The notes beneath the pieces were generated by a model. That model was not told the DNA's origin. It made no database searches and worked only from the letters and a program-made list of their open reading frames with translations. A DNA stretch of 64,000 nucleotides from Deferribacterales bacterium (lineage in GTDB: Bacteria; Chrysiogenota; Deferribacteres; Deferribacterales; Geovibrionaceae): the NCBI GenBank assembly GCA_050253335.1, contig JBFWJG010000001.1, positions 32,001 through 96,000 on the forward strand. The letters are read 5' to 3'. This document shows positions 10,071 to 20,274 of this stretch, one piece after another (position 1 is the stretch's first letter; each line of letters opens with the position of its first letter). Made by a program: the position numbers and the translations under genes.

Positions 10071-12107
10071 TTGGAATCTGATAATGTAATTTTAAATAAA
10101 AACGTGCTCTTTGAGCTTCTTCAGCGTTCATTCGAAAACACATCCGCGCCTCTTATCTGGCAGTCGGAAAACGGTGATATCCTGAGAGTGAATGAAGCCG
10201 CCTCCCATTATTTCGGCTACTCAAAAGAGGAGATGACCGGAATGAACGCAGTAAGCCTTTGCCCTGATCTTGATTCAGCGGCGATGAAGGCCGAGTGGGA
10301 TGAGATAAGCCGCAGCGGCAGCCTTCATGTCTGTACACGCAATGTCTGTGCGGACGGCAGAATGAAACACGCCGAAATAAGCAAAACCCTTATAACCGCA
10401 GGCGGGCAGAAATTTGCCCTTGTTTCCCTTGAAAATATAAGCCCCCTTAAAAAGAAGACCGATGAGGTTCAGTTCCTTTACGGAATAATGGACATGTCAA
10501 ACGATGCGATCTTCGTTATACGGGCTTTTGACCGCAATGTCGTGTACGCCAATGAAAAAGCCTGCATAAGTCTGGGTTATTGTGCTGATGAACTGAATAA
10601 TATGAATCTGGATTCTTTCCTTGTGCCAGAGTCTGAATGGGGCTGGTTTTCCTCCTACCTCAACAGGCTCGCAGGCTCTAACTGCAATATGCTTTACAGC
10701 GTTCACAGACGGAAGGACGGCACCCTCTACCCGGCGGAAACAAGCCTCAAGTCGTTTGTAAGGGATGATGAGGAATATAATATAGCAGTGGTGAGGGATA
10801 TCAGCGAGAGACTGCGCTTTTTCAGTGAGCTTGAGGAAAAAAACAGGGCGCTGGAAAAGCTGAACGGCATACTTTCCGCAGAGGTTGCGGAGAGAACAAA
10901 AGAGCTTCACTCCACAGAGGAGAAGTACAGAACCTATGTGGGGAACGCCCCTGATCCCATCTTCTTCTCCGATGTGAAGGGGATGCTCAAAGATGTCAAC
11001 TCTGCTCTGTGTCTCATAACCGGATATTCCGGAGAGGAGCTTCTTTCCATGGACTTCTTAGGGCTTACGGCGGCTGAAAGCATACATGATGCCGAGACCG
11101 CGTTCTCCGACATGCTCAAAACAGGAAAGGCATCCGCTTCCCTGAAGCTTGCGAAGAAAAGCGGCGAGAAGTTTTATGTCCATCTCAACATGGCTGAGGT
11201 GGAGACAGGGGTTTACATGGGCATCTGCAAGGATGTCACCCGGAGCGTTTTGCTTGAGGAAGCCCTCAAAAAGCTCAACGAGGAGCTGTCGGAGCGTGTG
11301 CGGGAGGAGGTCGCCCTCAGGCAGAAGCAGGAAGGCTTTCTTTTTGAACAGAAAAAGCTTGAGGACATGGGGCTTCTCATAAACGCCATAGCCCACCAGT
11401 GGCGCCAGCCGATAAATGCTCTTATTCTTTATATTCAGGATATAATGGACACTTACGAATCCGGCGAGCTTTCTGACGAATACATCCGGACATTCGAAAC
11501 AGTCTGCAAGGATCTGGTTCTGCACATGTCCAAAACCATTGACGATTTCAGGACATTTTTCGCTCCGGACAAGACCAGAACCAACTTTGATGTTTCCGCC
11601 GAGATAATAAAGCTTATGAAGCTGCTTCGTGTTCAGATGCAGGACAGAAACATAAGCTACAGGATCCGCTGTGTCTGCGGAGAGGAAACAGCCGACTGCA
11701 CGGAAGAGGCAAGATGGGGCGACTGTCCAGGCGGAAAGACGCTTATCTACGGCTATCTGGATGAGTTTAAGCAGGCGCTGATGAACATTGTCTACAACTC
11801 AGTGGATGCCATAGAGGATAATATCGAAGCGGGAAAGATACGCAAAGGCTTTATTAATATTGATATAGAAAACCTGAACAGGCATGTTGCGGTCAGGATA
11901 AAAGACAACGGCACGGGGATCAGCCCGGAAAAGCTTCCGAAGGTTTTTGACCCGTATTTCACCACAAAAGAGGAAGGCAAAGGAACCGGAATAGGGCTTT
12001 ATATGACGAAAATGGTCATAGAGAAGCACAACGGCGGCAGAATCAGCGCCGGAAACTCAGGGGAAGGAGCTGTCTTTGAGATACTTATTCCCAAGGCGGA
12101 TGCTTAA
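10071..12107 (+). CDS. Cytoplasmic multi-PAS sensor histidine kinase
   Basis: Three PAS/PAC repeats, H-box AIAHQWRQPIN, DNGTG, FDPYFTTK, GTGIGL; start codon (TTG) uncertain. Confidence 0.9.
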   Translation: MESDNVILNKNVLFELLQRSFENTSAPLIWQSENGDILRVNEAASHYFGYSKEEMTGMNAVSLCPDLDSAAMKAEWDEISRSGSLHVCTRNVCADGRMKHAEISKTLITAGGQKFALVSLENISPLKKKTDEVQFLYGIMDMSNDAIFVIRAFDRNVVYANEKACISLGYCADELNNMNLDSFLVPESEWGWFSSYLNRLAGSNCNMLYSVHRRKDGTLYPAETSLKSFVRDDEEYNIAVVRDISERLRFFSELEEKNRALEKLNGILSAEVAERTKELHSTEEKYRTYVGNAPDPIFFSDVKGMLKDVNSALCLITGYSGEELLSMDFLGLTAAESIHDAETAFSDMLKTGKASASLKLAKKSGEKFYVHLNMAEVETGVYMGICKDVTRSVLLEEALKKLNEELSERVREEVALRQKQEGFLFEQKKLEDMGLLINAIAHQWRQPINALILYIQDIMDTYESGELSDEYIRTFETVCKDLVLHMSKTIDDFRTFFAPDKTRTNFDVSAEIIKLMKLLRVQMQDRNISYRIRCVCGEETADCTEEARWGDCPGGKTLIYGYLDEFKQALMNIVYNSVDAIEDNIEAGKIRKGFINIDIENLNRHVAVRIKDNGTGISPEKLPKVFDPYFTTKEEGKGTGIGLYMTKMVIEKHNGGRISAGNSGEGAVFEILIPKADA

Positions 12108-12457
12108 CTTTTCCCCAGTTCCCTGAGGCACTTGAAAAACTCATCCCTGTCTATGGGCTTAAACAGCTTCCGTACGCCGGTAACCCTGTCAGCCTCTTCC
12201 CTGTATGCGGTGGTGACAACTATCTGTGTTTCGGGGCTTTCTTCCCTGATTTTTTCAACAAGCTCAAAACCGCTCATCTCAGGCATTGCGAGATCAGTAA
12301 TGACTATATCCGGACTGTGCTCACGGAATGCCGCCAGGGCTTCACGTCCGTTTTTCACCGTATATACCTTTTTGAACTCTCTGGCGAGGATCATTGACAT
12401 GATTTTGCTCACCATAACATCGTCTTCGGCATAAAGAACGGTTTTATTCTTCATCAC
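12104..12457 (-). CDS. Single-domain response regulator (REC only)
   Basis: YAEDD, ITDLAMP, TTAY, KP motifs; no output domain. Confidence 0.9.
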   Translation of the reverse strand: MMKNKTVLYAEDDVMVSKIMSMILAREFKKVYTVKNGREALAAFREHSPDIVITDLAMPEMSGFELVEKIREESPETQIVVTTAYREEADRVTGVRKLFKPIDRDEFFKCLRELGKS

Positions 12458-14528
12458 AGCCCCCCTGTTTCGGAAGATTTATTGTGAAGCGCGCGCCTTT
12501 TTCCGTGTTGGAGGCTGTTATTCTGCCTCCCATGTGCTGTTCAATCAGAAGCTTTGTCATATAAAGACCTATTCCCGTTCCCTTTCCTTCCTCCTTCGTG
12601 GTGAAGTAGGGCTCGAATATTTTTATAATGTATTCTTCGGGTATGCCGGTTCCGTTGTCGCTGACTGTTATCTTCAGTGAGCTTTCCGAATCTTCCAGAT
12701 CTATGCTTATTTCTCCGCGGAAGTCTTTTCCCCTGCTCTGCTTTGCGCCCTCGATTGCGTCGGCGGCGTTGTATATTATGTTTATCACAGCCTGCTTGAA
12801 CTCGCCGGCATAGCCGTAAACAAGGTTTTTGCTCCGGTCTTCGCCTGCTCCGGATTCCGGCTGTTTTCCGTTGATTTTAATATCAATGTGACGGGAGGCG
12901 AGCTGAACCTCTATTAGGCTTGCCAGTTCGTTCACTTCCTTCGCCGCGTCATAGTATGTTTTTTTCTTGTCAGGGGCGAAGAACAGCCTGAAGTCGTCTA
13001 TGGTGGAGGATATATGCCTGATTATCCCCATACATGTGTCTGCGAACGAGTCCATGTAGGCATCATTCAGGAGCTTCCTTCTCCAACACTCATGGGCGTC
13101 CTGAATATAGAGCCCCAGAGCGTTTATGGGCTGTCGCCACTGATGGGCTATGGCGTTGATCATCTGCCCCATGTCCGCGAGTTTTTTCTGCTCCTGTATT
13201 ATCTGTTCCTGACGCCTTCTCGCCTCCACTTCCGTTCTTACCTGCTCCTTGAGGTTCCTGTTCATTTTTTTCAGCTCTTCCTCAAGCTTGACGGTCGATG
13301 TGGCATCCTGACAGAAGCCTATGTATCTGTTCTCCGCTATTTTGATGACCGAAATGCGCATGAAGAAGGTTTCCTTGTTTTTTCTCATGAACTTCAGCGT
13401 TCCGGAAACAACTCCCTGCTCGAAGAGAACCTCTTCCGCTTTCCGCGCGTTTTCCACAGCGTCCGGAGGCCAGAGATCCATCACATTCATGGTGAGCAGT
13501 TCCTTTTCGGTGTAGCCCGTTATACGGCAGGCCTCCTTGTTTACTTCCACAATGAGGCCGTTGTGGTCGGATATGAATATGCTGATCGGTGCGTTGTTTA
13601 CGTATGTGCGGTATTTATTCTCGCTGTATTCCAGCGCCTTCTGCCTTTCCATTATCTCCTTATGGAAAAACTTGGAATCCAGCCAGCCTTTCAGCGCCGG
13701 AGCGAGGAGCATCGCCGCTTTATTGATTATTTTAACATCAAATTCATTGAATCCGTCTTCTTTCTGCGCCAGAACAATTTCTCCCAGAAGAAGGTTCTTG
13801 TGAATAACGGGAGCTGCTATGCAGTTGTCGATTTTTTTGTGCCACGCCGGTGTGTCGATACCGTCATTCTGCATCGCCGTTTTTCTTTTTTCCAGAGCTT
13901 CCCCCCATGTGCCGCTCCATTTCTCACGGGGAAAGCTCAGGGCTGCCGTTCTTTCGCCTGTGTAAATGAGGGATGGGCAGACAAGAGTGCCGTCTATGTC
14001 AATGTATCCTGTAAAGCCGTAAAGGCAGTCGATCTCCTTCTTGATCACTCTGAGGATGCTGTCGAATATATCTCCTTCGTCATTAAGGAGAAACGAGTTC
14101 ATAAGCTCTGCGTGGAGCCTGTTGTCAATCTCGGAGAGGGTCTTTTCCGTTATGTCGTGGAATATGTTGAAAACATAGGGTTTATCATCTGAAAAGAACA
14201 CTGATGAGTGAAATTCCAGATAATGCAGACCGCCTGCGGAGTCGACATGGCAGGTGGTCACGGTGTCCACTCTTTTTTCAAGCACGCGGTTCACCAGCTC
14301 CATTGTCTTTTCGGGTTTGGACATGGTGAGATCCAGTATTCTTTTTGAGGTGAGTTCTTCAAAACTGTAGCCGTAGAGCCTGCATGCGGCCTCGTTGGCG
14401 TCTGTTATTCTTGTGCTTTCCGGTTCGAATGTAAGCATGCACGCGTTGGCGTGTCTGAAAATACGGCCGTAGTCCGGAGCCTGCTCCGCCTTTGTCCGGC
14501 AGATGTCCGTTGAATTAAGATATGTCAT
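12444..14528 (-). CDS. PAS-GAF-PAS sensor histidine kinase
   Basis: PAS, GAF (CIAAPV...LLGEI), PAS, AIAHQWRQPIN, DNGTG, GTGIGL. Confidence 0.9.
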   Translation of the reverse strand: MTYLNSTDICRTKAEQAPDYGRIFRHANACMLTFEPESTRITDANEAACRLYGYSFEELTSKRILDLTMSKPEKTMELVNRVLEKRVDTVTTCHVDSAGGLHYLEFHSSVFFSDDKPYVFNIFHDITEKTLSEIDNRLHAELMNSFLLNDEGDIFDSILRVIKKEIDCLYGFTGYIDIDGTLVCPSLIYTGERTAALSFPREKWSGTWGEALEKRKTAMQNDGIDTPAWHKKIDNCIAAPVIHKNLLLGEIVLAQKEDGFNEFDVKIINKAAMLLAPALKGWLDSKFFHKEIMERQKALEYSENKYRTYVNNAPISIFISDHNGLIVEVNKEACRITGYTEKELLTMNVMDLWPPDAVENARKAEEVLFEQGVVSGTLKFMRKNKETFFMRISVIKIAENRYIGFCQDATSTVKLEEELKKMNRNLKEQVRTEVEARRRQEQIIQEQKKLADMGQMINAIAHQWRQPINALGLYIQDAHECWRRKLLNDAYMDSFADTCMGIIRHISSTIDDFRLFFAPDKKKTYYDAAKEVNELASLIEVQLASRHIDIKINGKQPESGAGEDRSKNLVYGYAGEFKQAVINIIYNAADAIEGAKQSRGKDFRGEISIDLEDSESSLKITVSDNGTGIPEEYIIKIFEPYFTTKEEGKGTGIGLYMTKLLIEQHMGGRITASNTEKGARFTINLPKQGGCDEE

Positions 14529-14630
14529 TTCCTGTCCTTGGTTTGTGTATCTGATAAATCATATATAGAGCGCAGGCAAAAGCAATACAAAACTGGGACA
14601 GGAAATGGGGAAGTTAAGGGCGCTGAGTGT

Positions 14631-15464
14631 TCAGCACCCTGAAAATTTGTACCAGATGTTCATGGTTTCCGTTCCGCCGCAGATGTTTGTGTTATTGATC
14701 AGCCTGCCGCCGAATCTGTAGCCCCGCTTGGAAAAAGTTATATTCATTCCGTAAGAAAGCGAGCGGGCTATGGTGTAAAACGTGCTTATCCCCAGATGCG
14801 GCACTTCCTGCTCCATTTTGGCAAGGAGAGCTGAGGCATAGCCTTTTCCCCTCGCTTCAGGCAGGGTCGCGAAGTCTGTCATCTCTGCCGCTTTGATATG
14901 CGGGTTCATCTCCGCACTCGCCAGAGCGGTTATCCTGCCGTTCTCCCTTATGCCGAAATATGCCACGGATTCCCTCATTGTCTGTCTGATATAGTCCGCT
15001 TCATGTATGGGAAAAGGGTATGATTCAAAAACCTGCCTGTAAACCCCGGCCATTTCATCCGCATCGGCGGGCGCCATCCTTTCGCAGGCTTCAGTGAAAG
15101 GAGGCTCGCTCTCTTCCGGTTTGTAGCTGAGCGCCTTCAGCAATATGTCGGACTGAAGCTTTCTCTCCTTCTCCTCCCTCCGTTCAGGATTGGTGAATTT
15201 GGAGAGGAAGACGGCTTTTTCATAAGGTGCGCCGCTGAGAGGAAGCTCCGCCTCGGTGACGAAGCCTCTCTGCATGAAAATATCCGCTTTCTCAGCCGGA
15301 ACTTTTGCAATTATTTTGGAATATCCGTTCTGCCCTGCCAGAAGCTCCGCCTTCGCGGCGGTTTCGTCCCCGCAGGAATCAGGGAATGAGAGAATGTAGA
15401 CCCTGTCGCTGAATTTGCCGTGGTGAACCTGCGCTCCGTCCAGATTTATGATTTCATCCGTCAT
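14631..15464 (-). CDS. ablB: Beta-lysine N-acetyltransferase (GNAT)
   Basis: [36 protein letters not shown]; overlaps the end of ablA. Confidence 0.88.
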   Translation of the reverse strand: MTDEIINLDGAQVHHGKFSDRVYILSFPDSCGDETAAKAELLAGQNGYSKIIAKVPAEKADIFMQRGFVTEAELPLSGAPYEKAVFLSKFTNPERREEKERKLQSDILLKALSYKPEESEPPFTEACERMAPADADEMAGVYRQVFESYPFPIHEADYIRQTMRESVAYFGIRENGRITALASAEMNPHIKAAEMTDFATLPEARGKGYASALLAKMEQEVPHLGISTFYTIARSLSYGMNITFSKRGYRFGGRLINNTNICGGTETMNIWYKFSGC

Positions 15465-16770
15465 CGTTTCTTCTCCTCAGCCTCTCCGTGTCTTCCGGTA
15501 TGAGGGTTATCTGATCGTCATAATCCGCCATGAGCCTCTCAATGCCTATGGCCGCGGGGTTCTCCTCCCCTGTCACATTAAGCACGAGGCTGCATGTGTC
15601 GCATTTTCTGTCGCAGAAAACAGGCTCGTAAGAATCCGGCTCCTTGTAAGAGCAGATAACCCCTTCATAGTTTCGGAGTATAACCTTGTTGGTGGACCAT
15701 GACACCACATAATTGGGGCTGACGGGTATTTTCCCTCCGCCTCCGGGAGCGTCGATAACATAAACAGGAACGGCGAACCCGCTTGTGTGTCCCCTCAGTG
15801 ATTCAATTATCTCTATACCCTTGCCCACGGGAGTGCGGAAGTGCGAAAGCCCTTCGGAAAGGTCGCACTGATAAAGGTAATAAGGGCGGACACGGTGGCT
15901 GACCAGCTTCTGAACCAGCTTTCTCATGATGTAGGGGCAGTCGTTCACCCCTGCGAGAAGAACGGACTGATTGCCCAGAGGCACTCCCGCCGAGGAGAGC
16001 CTGCGCAGTGCGGCGGCTGAGGAATCGGTTATTTCTCTGGGGTGGTTGAAGTGGGTATTCAGCCAAAGATTAGGATAGCTCCCCAGAAGCGCCGCGAGCT
16101 CCTCCGTGATTCTGTAGGGGAGGACAACGGGCATCCTTGTCCCTATGCGGATCACCTCCACATGCTCAATTGCGCTGAGCTCATCGAGAATCCATTCAAT
16201 GGCGGAATCTGTCAGCATGAGCGGATCCCCGCCTGATATAAGAACGTCCCTTACTTCGGGGGTCTTTCTGATGTAGGCAAGCCCTTTCTCAAGGGTGTCC
16301 CTGCCGGGGATGAAGTCCTTGTCCCCGACCTTGCGCTTTCTTGTGCAGTGACGGCAGTACATAGCGCACATGTTGCTTACATGAAAAAGAACCCTGTCCG
16401 GGTAGCGGTGGGTGATGCATTCCGCGGGGCTGTCCACATCTTCGGACAGGGGGTCGCTCATCTCCCAGCTTTCGGTTATAAGTTCGTTAACGGACGGAAA
16501 TGCCTGTCTGAAAACGGGATCATCCCGCCAGTTTTCCCTGTCTATGAGGGAGGCGTAGTAGGGGGTGATTGCTATGGGGAACTTTTCCGCAGTCATTTCA
16601 AGGTGCTTGCGCTCTTCCGGAGTAAAGCTTATCCCCAGAACCTCTTCAAAGGTTTTTATGTCCTTAATCGTTCTGCGGAGCTGCCAGTGCCAGTTTTTCC
16701 AGTCCTGCAGACCCGAATCGGGCTGGATGGATTCGGCTATGGACTTTTGGTTCGGTGTATATATACTCAC
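15454..16770 (-). CDS. ablA: Lysine 2,3-aminomutase (radical SAM, KamA family)
   Basis: [31 protein letters not shown]; paired with ablB. Confidence 0.92.
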   Translation of the reverse strand: MSIYTPNQKSIAESIQPDSGLQDWKNWHWQLRRTIKDIKTFEEVLGISFTPEERKHLEMTAEKFPIAITPYYASLIDRENWRDDPVFRQAFPSVNELITESWEMSDPLSEDVDSPAECITHRYPDRVLFHVSNMCAMYCRHCTRKRKVGDKDFIPGRDTLEKGLAYIRKTPEVRDVLISGGDPLMLTDSAIEWILDELSAIEHVEVIRIGTRMPVVLPYRITEELAALLGSYPNLWLNTHFNHPREITDSSAAALRRLSSAGVPLGNQSVLLAGVNDCPYIMRKLVQKLVSHRVRPYYLYQCDLSEGLSHFRTPVGKGIEIIESLRGHTSGFAVPVYVIDAPGGGGKIPVSPNYVVSWSTNKVILRNYEGVICSYKEPDSYEPVFCDRKCDTCSLVLNVTGEENPAAIGIERLMADYDDQITLIPEDTERLRRRNDDG

Positions 16771-16977
16771 TGTTTCCTCCTTGATATTATGACCAATTAT
16801 ACCTTATATTGACATATTTTCAACATGAAATATAAATATGTGCAGTAATAATGCCCCGATAAATAGGCATAAAAGGCTGTTTTACGGCTTTTCGGGATTA
16901 TTTTGATGTTAAAAGTTCCTCAAATGTGCCGTTCTTGGTTGACAAACAGATAGCCCTCTGATATTTCCGTTTAATTT

Positions 16978-17409
16978 ATGAAACTGAAGATCGTAATGTC
17001 CTCGCGGATACGAGACAAAGCCGTGGAAGAACTGACGGCGGAATATGTGAAAAGAATCGGCGCATATGCCGAGTGTTCCGTGGTTGAGGCTTTTTCGGCC
17101 AATAAGGCAAAGCAGCTTCCTCTCCTGCTCAGGGCGGGCGAAGGCGCTCTGGTGGGCATGGACCCGAAAGGGAAAAGATTCACCAGCGAAAAATTTGCAG
17201 GCTGGCTCGAAAAAAAGCTTGAAGAAAACGGCGCGGTTACTTTTTTTATCGGCGAGGCGGACGGACTGCACGAAGAGCTTAAAGCCCGTTTGGACGATAC
17301 CGTCTCTCTCTCGGAAATGACAATGGCGCACAGGATAAGCCTTGTTGTTCTCGCGGAGCAGCTTTACAGGGCATTAACAATAATTAAGGGTCATCCCTAC
17401 CATAAATAG
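16978..17409 (+). CDS. rlmH: 23S rRNA pseudouridine-1915 N3-methyltransferase
   Basis: IG.ADG, SLSEMTMAH, EQLYRA...GHPYHK. Confidence 0.92.
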   Translation: MKLKIVMSSRIRDKAVEELTAEYVKRIGAYAECSVVEAFSANKAKQLPLLLRAGEGALVGMDPKGKRFTSEKFAGWLEKKLEENGAVTFFIGEADGLHEELKARLDDTVSLSEMTMAHRISLVVLAEQLYRALTIIKGHPYHK

Positions 17410-17421
17410 GAGGGTTAATGT

Positions 17422-17787
17422 ATGATGGATGCTGAAAGGTTAAGCTACCATAGACAGAAACTTCTCGATATGAAGAAAGAACTTATCGAGAAGCTGAACG
17501 AAAAGTATAACGAAGCGATCAAGCTCGGTACTGAAGGGGTTCAGGATTCCGCTGACGAGGCTTACAACATCTACAACAAAAACCTCATGCTCGGTAAGGT
17601 CGAAACCGATGCGCTTAAACTCAGGCTGGTTGAGCAGGCTCTCCAGCGCATAGCGACCGGAACCTACGGAGTGTGCATTGAGTGCGAGGAGGAGATCGAG
17701 CAGAAAAGGCTTGAGTATGTCCCCTTCGCAAGGTACTGCACCGACTGCAAATCCGAACTGGAAAAAAAGGGTCTCATAAAAATGTAG
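17422..17787 (+). CDS. dksA: DksA/TraR C4 zinc finger protein
   Basis: DSADEA coiled-coil tip, GTYGVCIEC...RL...CTDCK. Confidence 0.85.
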   Translation: MMDAERLSYHRQKLLDMKKELIEKLNEKYNEAIKLGTEGVQDSADEAYNIYNKNLMLGKVETDALKLRLVEQALQRIATGTYGVCIECEEEIEQKRLEYVPFARYCTDCKSELEKKGLIKM

Positions 17788-18049
17788 CATAAGCCCCGCG
17801 GGAGCAGGTTTTCTTCTTCCGCGGGCAGTTTGTTTATTTCGGCTTAAATCAGGTCTTTTTCTGTTGCCGTTTTTCACCGCCTCTATTATCTTAACGCTTG
17901 CGCGCGCATTTCGCGAGAATGTGGTTTTGCTGAAAATCATTCTCCGCTGTTCTGTGTGTCCTCCGTGCAGCCGGACCTTGTTTATCAGGGTGCGGGCGTG
18001 TATGGAAATTCTCATGGCTGAAGAATTTTTTTGTTAATGAAGGTGCATT

Positions 18050-19573
18050 ATGGCAGCAAGACTCATTTTACTGATACTCGACGGCTGGGGCTGCCGCGAA
18101 GATGAAAGAAACAACGCGGTTTCCCTGTCCCGTCCGGCTAATTTTCTGAAGCTGATGAAAACATGCCCCCACACCCTGCTTGATGCCAGCGAGGAGAGGG
18201 TCGGACTGCCCGCGGGGCAGATGGGCAACTCCGAGGTCGGGCACACCAACATAGGCGCGGGACGCATAGTCTATCAGGATTTCCTGAAAATCAGCATGGA
18301 TGTCCGCTCCGGCGAGATTGAAAAAAACACAAATATAAATACATTCTTTGAAGACACGCTCAAAGGTTCAGGCAGGCTGCACTTCTTCGGTCTGCTTTCA
18401 GACGGCGGAGTACACAGTCACATCGACCACCTGAAAGGTCTGGTGAAAATGGCGCAGGCAAAAGGTATTTCGCATATCTTCATCCACGCCTTCACCGACG
18501 GCAGGGACACCCCCCCTAAAAGCGGCATAGATTACGTCAGGGAGATTGAAGCATTCCTTGAGGAAACCGGGGCAGGGCGGATCGCCACTGTCTGCGGCAG
18601 GTATTACGCCATGGACAGGGACAAAAGATGGGACAGAGTGGAAAAGGCTTACAACATGCTCCGTCTGGGAGAGGGACGAAAGGTTCAGTCAGCTTCTCAG
18701 GCAGTGCTCGATTCCTACGCGGGCAGTGAGACGGACGAGTTCATTCAGCCCTCAGTCATTCAGGGTGTTGACGGAAAAGTGAAGGACGGGGATTTTGTCT
18801 TTTTCTATAACTTCCGTGCCGACAGAGCCAGAGAACTCTGCCTCGCCTTCAATGACCGCAGCTTCGGCGGTTTTGCCCGCAAAGACCACCCGCATGTGAA
18901 CTTCATGACCCTCACCAGATATGAGAAGAACTACACCTTCCCCGTGGCCTATCCGCCGGAGGAGCTTAACGAGATATTCGGCGAGGTCATCAGCCGAGAA
19001 GGCTTAAAACAGCTCCGCATAGCCGAAACCGAGAAATACGCCCACGTGACGTACTTCTTCAACGGCGGGCGGGAGACCGTTTTTGAGGGTGAGGAGCGCG
19101 AGCTTATTGAATCCCCCAAGGACGTGCCCACTTATGACAAAAAACCTGAGATGAGCGTTTATAAAGTCGCTGAAAAATTCAGGGAAGTTTTCCTGAAAGG
19201 TGATGTTGACGTGGCTGTTATGAACTTCGCAAACCCCGACATGGTGGGGCACACCGGAGTTGAGGAAGCGGCGGTTAACGCCTGCCGCGCCGTGGATGAA
19301 TGCCTGGGCGAAGTAATCCGCATCGCGGATGAAACAGGCGCGGTTCTTGCCGTTACGGCGGATCACGGCAACTGTGAGCAGATGTGGGATTATGAAAACG
19401 ATCAGCCCCACACTGCACATACCTTGAATCCTGTGCCGTTTATAGTTTATAATTATAAATGCGTACTTCAGAGCGAAAAAGGCAAGCTGGCGGACATTGC
19501 GCCGACCCTGCTTGACATCATGGGAATAAACCAGCCGGAAGCAATGACCGGAAAGTCGCTTCTGGTAAAATAA
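18050..19573 (+). CDS. gpmI: 2,3-bisphosphoglycerate-independent phosphoglycerate mutase
   Basis: ILDGWG, GNSEVGH, SDGGVHSH, GRYYAMDRD, DMVGHTG, TADHGN. Confidence 0.97.
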   Translation: MAARLILLILDGWGCREDERNNAVSLSRPANFLKLMKTCPHTLLDASEERVGLPAGQMGNSEVGHTNIGAGRIVYQDFLKISMDVRSGEIEKNTNINTFFEDTLKGSGRLHFFGLLSDGGVHSHIDHLKGLVKMAQAKGISHIFIHAFTDGRDTPPKSGIDYVREIEAFLEETGAGRIATVCGRYYAMDRDKRWDRVEKAYNMLRLGEGRKVQSASQAVLDSYAGSETDEFIQPSVIQGVDGKVKDGDFVFFYNFRADRARELCLAFNDRSFGGFARKDHPHVNFMTLTRYEKNYTFPVAYPPEELNEIFGEVISREGLKQLRIAETEKYAHVTYFFNGGRETVFEGEERELIESPKDVPTYDKKPEMSVYKVAEKFREVFLKGDVDVAVMNFANPDMVGHTGVEEAAVNACRAVDECLGEVIRIADETGAVLAVTADHGNCEQMWDYENDQPHTAHTLNPVPFIVYNYKCVLQSEKGKLADIAPTLLDIMGINQPEAMTGKSLLVK

Positions 19574-19598
19574 ATTTTTAAAGGGGGCGGGACAGAAT

Positions 19599-20261
19599 AT
19601 GTTTTCTGAAATTTTCCGCCCCGTTTGCGCCGCCTGCGGCGAGGACTCGCCGGAGGGTATTTTCTGCGCGGAATGCGGGGAAAGCCTGCGCCGCCTGAAG
19701 ATGTTCTGCCGTACATGCGGACATCCGCTGAATGTTGACGCTCTGACGTGCGGTTTCTGCCCGTCAAGGCGCTATGACAGGCTTTTTACCGACTACCTCT
19801 ATGCTCCGCCGGTTAAGGAACTGCTTAAAAAGATCAAGTTTGCTTACGGTGTGAGAGGTATTTTTCATCTTGGTGAACTGATTAGGCAGCCGGCGGAGAT
19901 GTTTTCGGTGTATGATGTAATTACACCCGTGCCTTCGCACTACACACGGAAGCTTCGCAGGATAATGCATCCGGCGGATATTCTGGCGGCGCACATAGCC
20001 TCCGCGGCGGGAAAAAAAGCTGAAAGGCTCATAGTCCGCCGTAGAAAGACCGGCTATCAGTGGAAACTGAAAAAAAAGCAGAGAATAAGGAACGTAAGCG
20101 GAGCCTTCGCCCTTAACGGTGAATGTTCGGGAAAGAAAATCCTCATTGTTGACGATATTTACACAACCGGTTCCACCGTCAACGAATGCGCAGGGGTTCT
20201 CAAAATAAACGGAGCGGAGCTTGTGGACGTATACGCCCTGAGCTGCACAGGATATTATTAA
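19599..20261 (+). CDS. comF: ComF family phosphoribosyltransferase with double zinc ribbon
   Basis: Four CxxC pairs, PVP.H, IVDDIYTTGST. Confidence 0.9.
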   Translation: MFSEIFRPVCAACGEDSPEGIFCAECGESLRRLKMFCRTCGHPLNVDALTCGFCPSRRYDRLFTDYLYAPPVKELLKKIKFAYGVRGIFHLGELIRQPAEMFSVYDVITPVPSHYTRKLRRIMHPADILAAHIASAAGKKAERLIVRRRKTGYQWKLKKKQRIRNVSGAFALNGECSGKKILIVDDIYTTGSTVNECAGVLKINGAELVDVYALSCTGYY

Positions 20262-20274
20262 TGGAGTTTTTCAG

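Noticed and set aside
13014..14192. 392-aa + strand ORF (and similar long antisense ORFs at 20200-21393, 26301-27212, 27439-28248, 47322-48140)
   Set aside because: These are shadow frames antisense to well-supported genes, with no motifs.
15454..16770. EpmB (EF-P modification) or lysine fermentation KamA
   Set aside because: It is coupled to an AblB-type acetyltransferase, with no efp/epmA or kamDE nearby.
17790..18045. Riboswitch or sRNA between dksA and gpmI
   Set aside because: No recognisable conserved motif, and the overlapping 191-aa minus ORF is a shadow of dksA.
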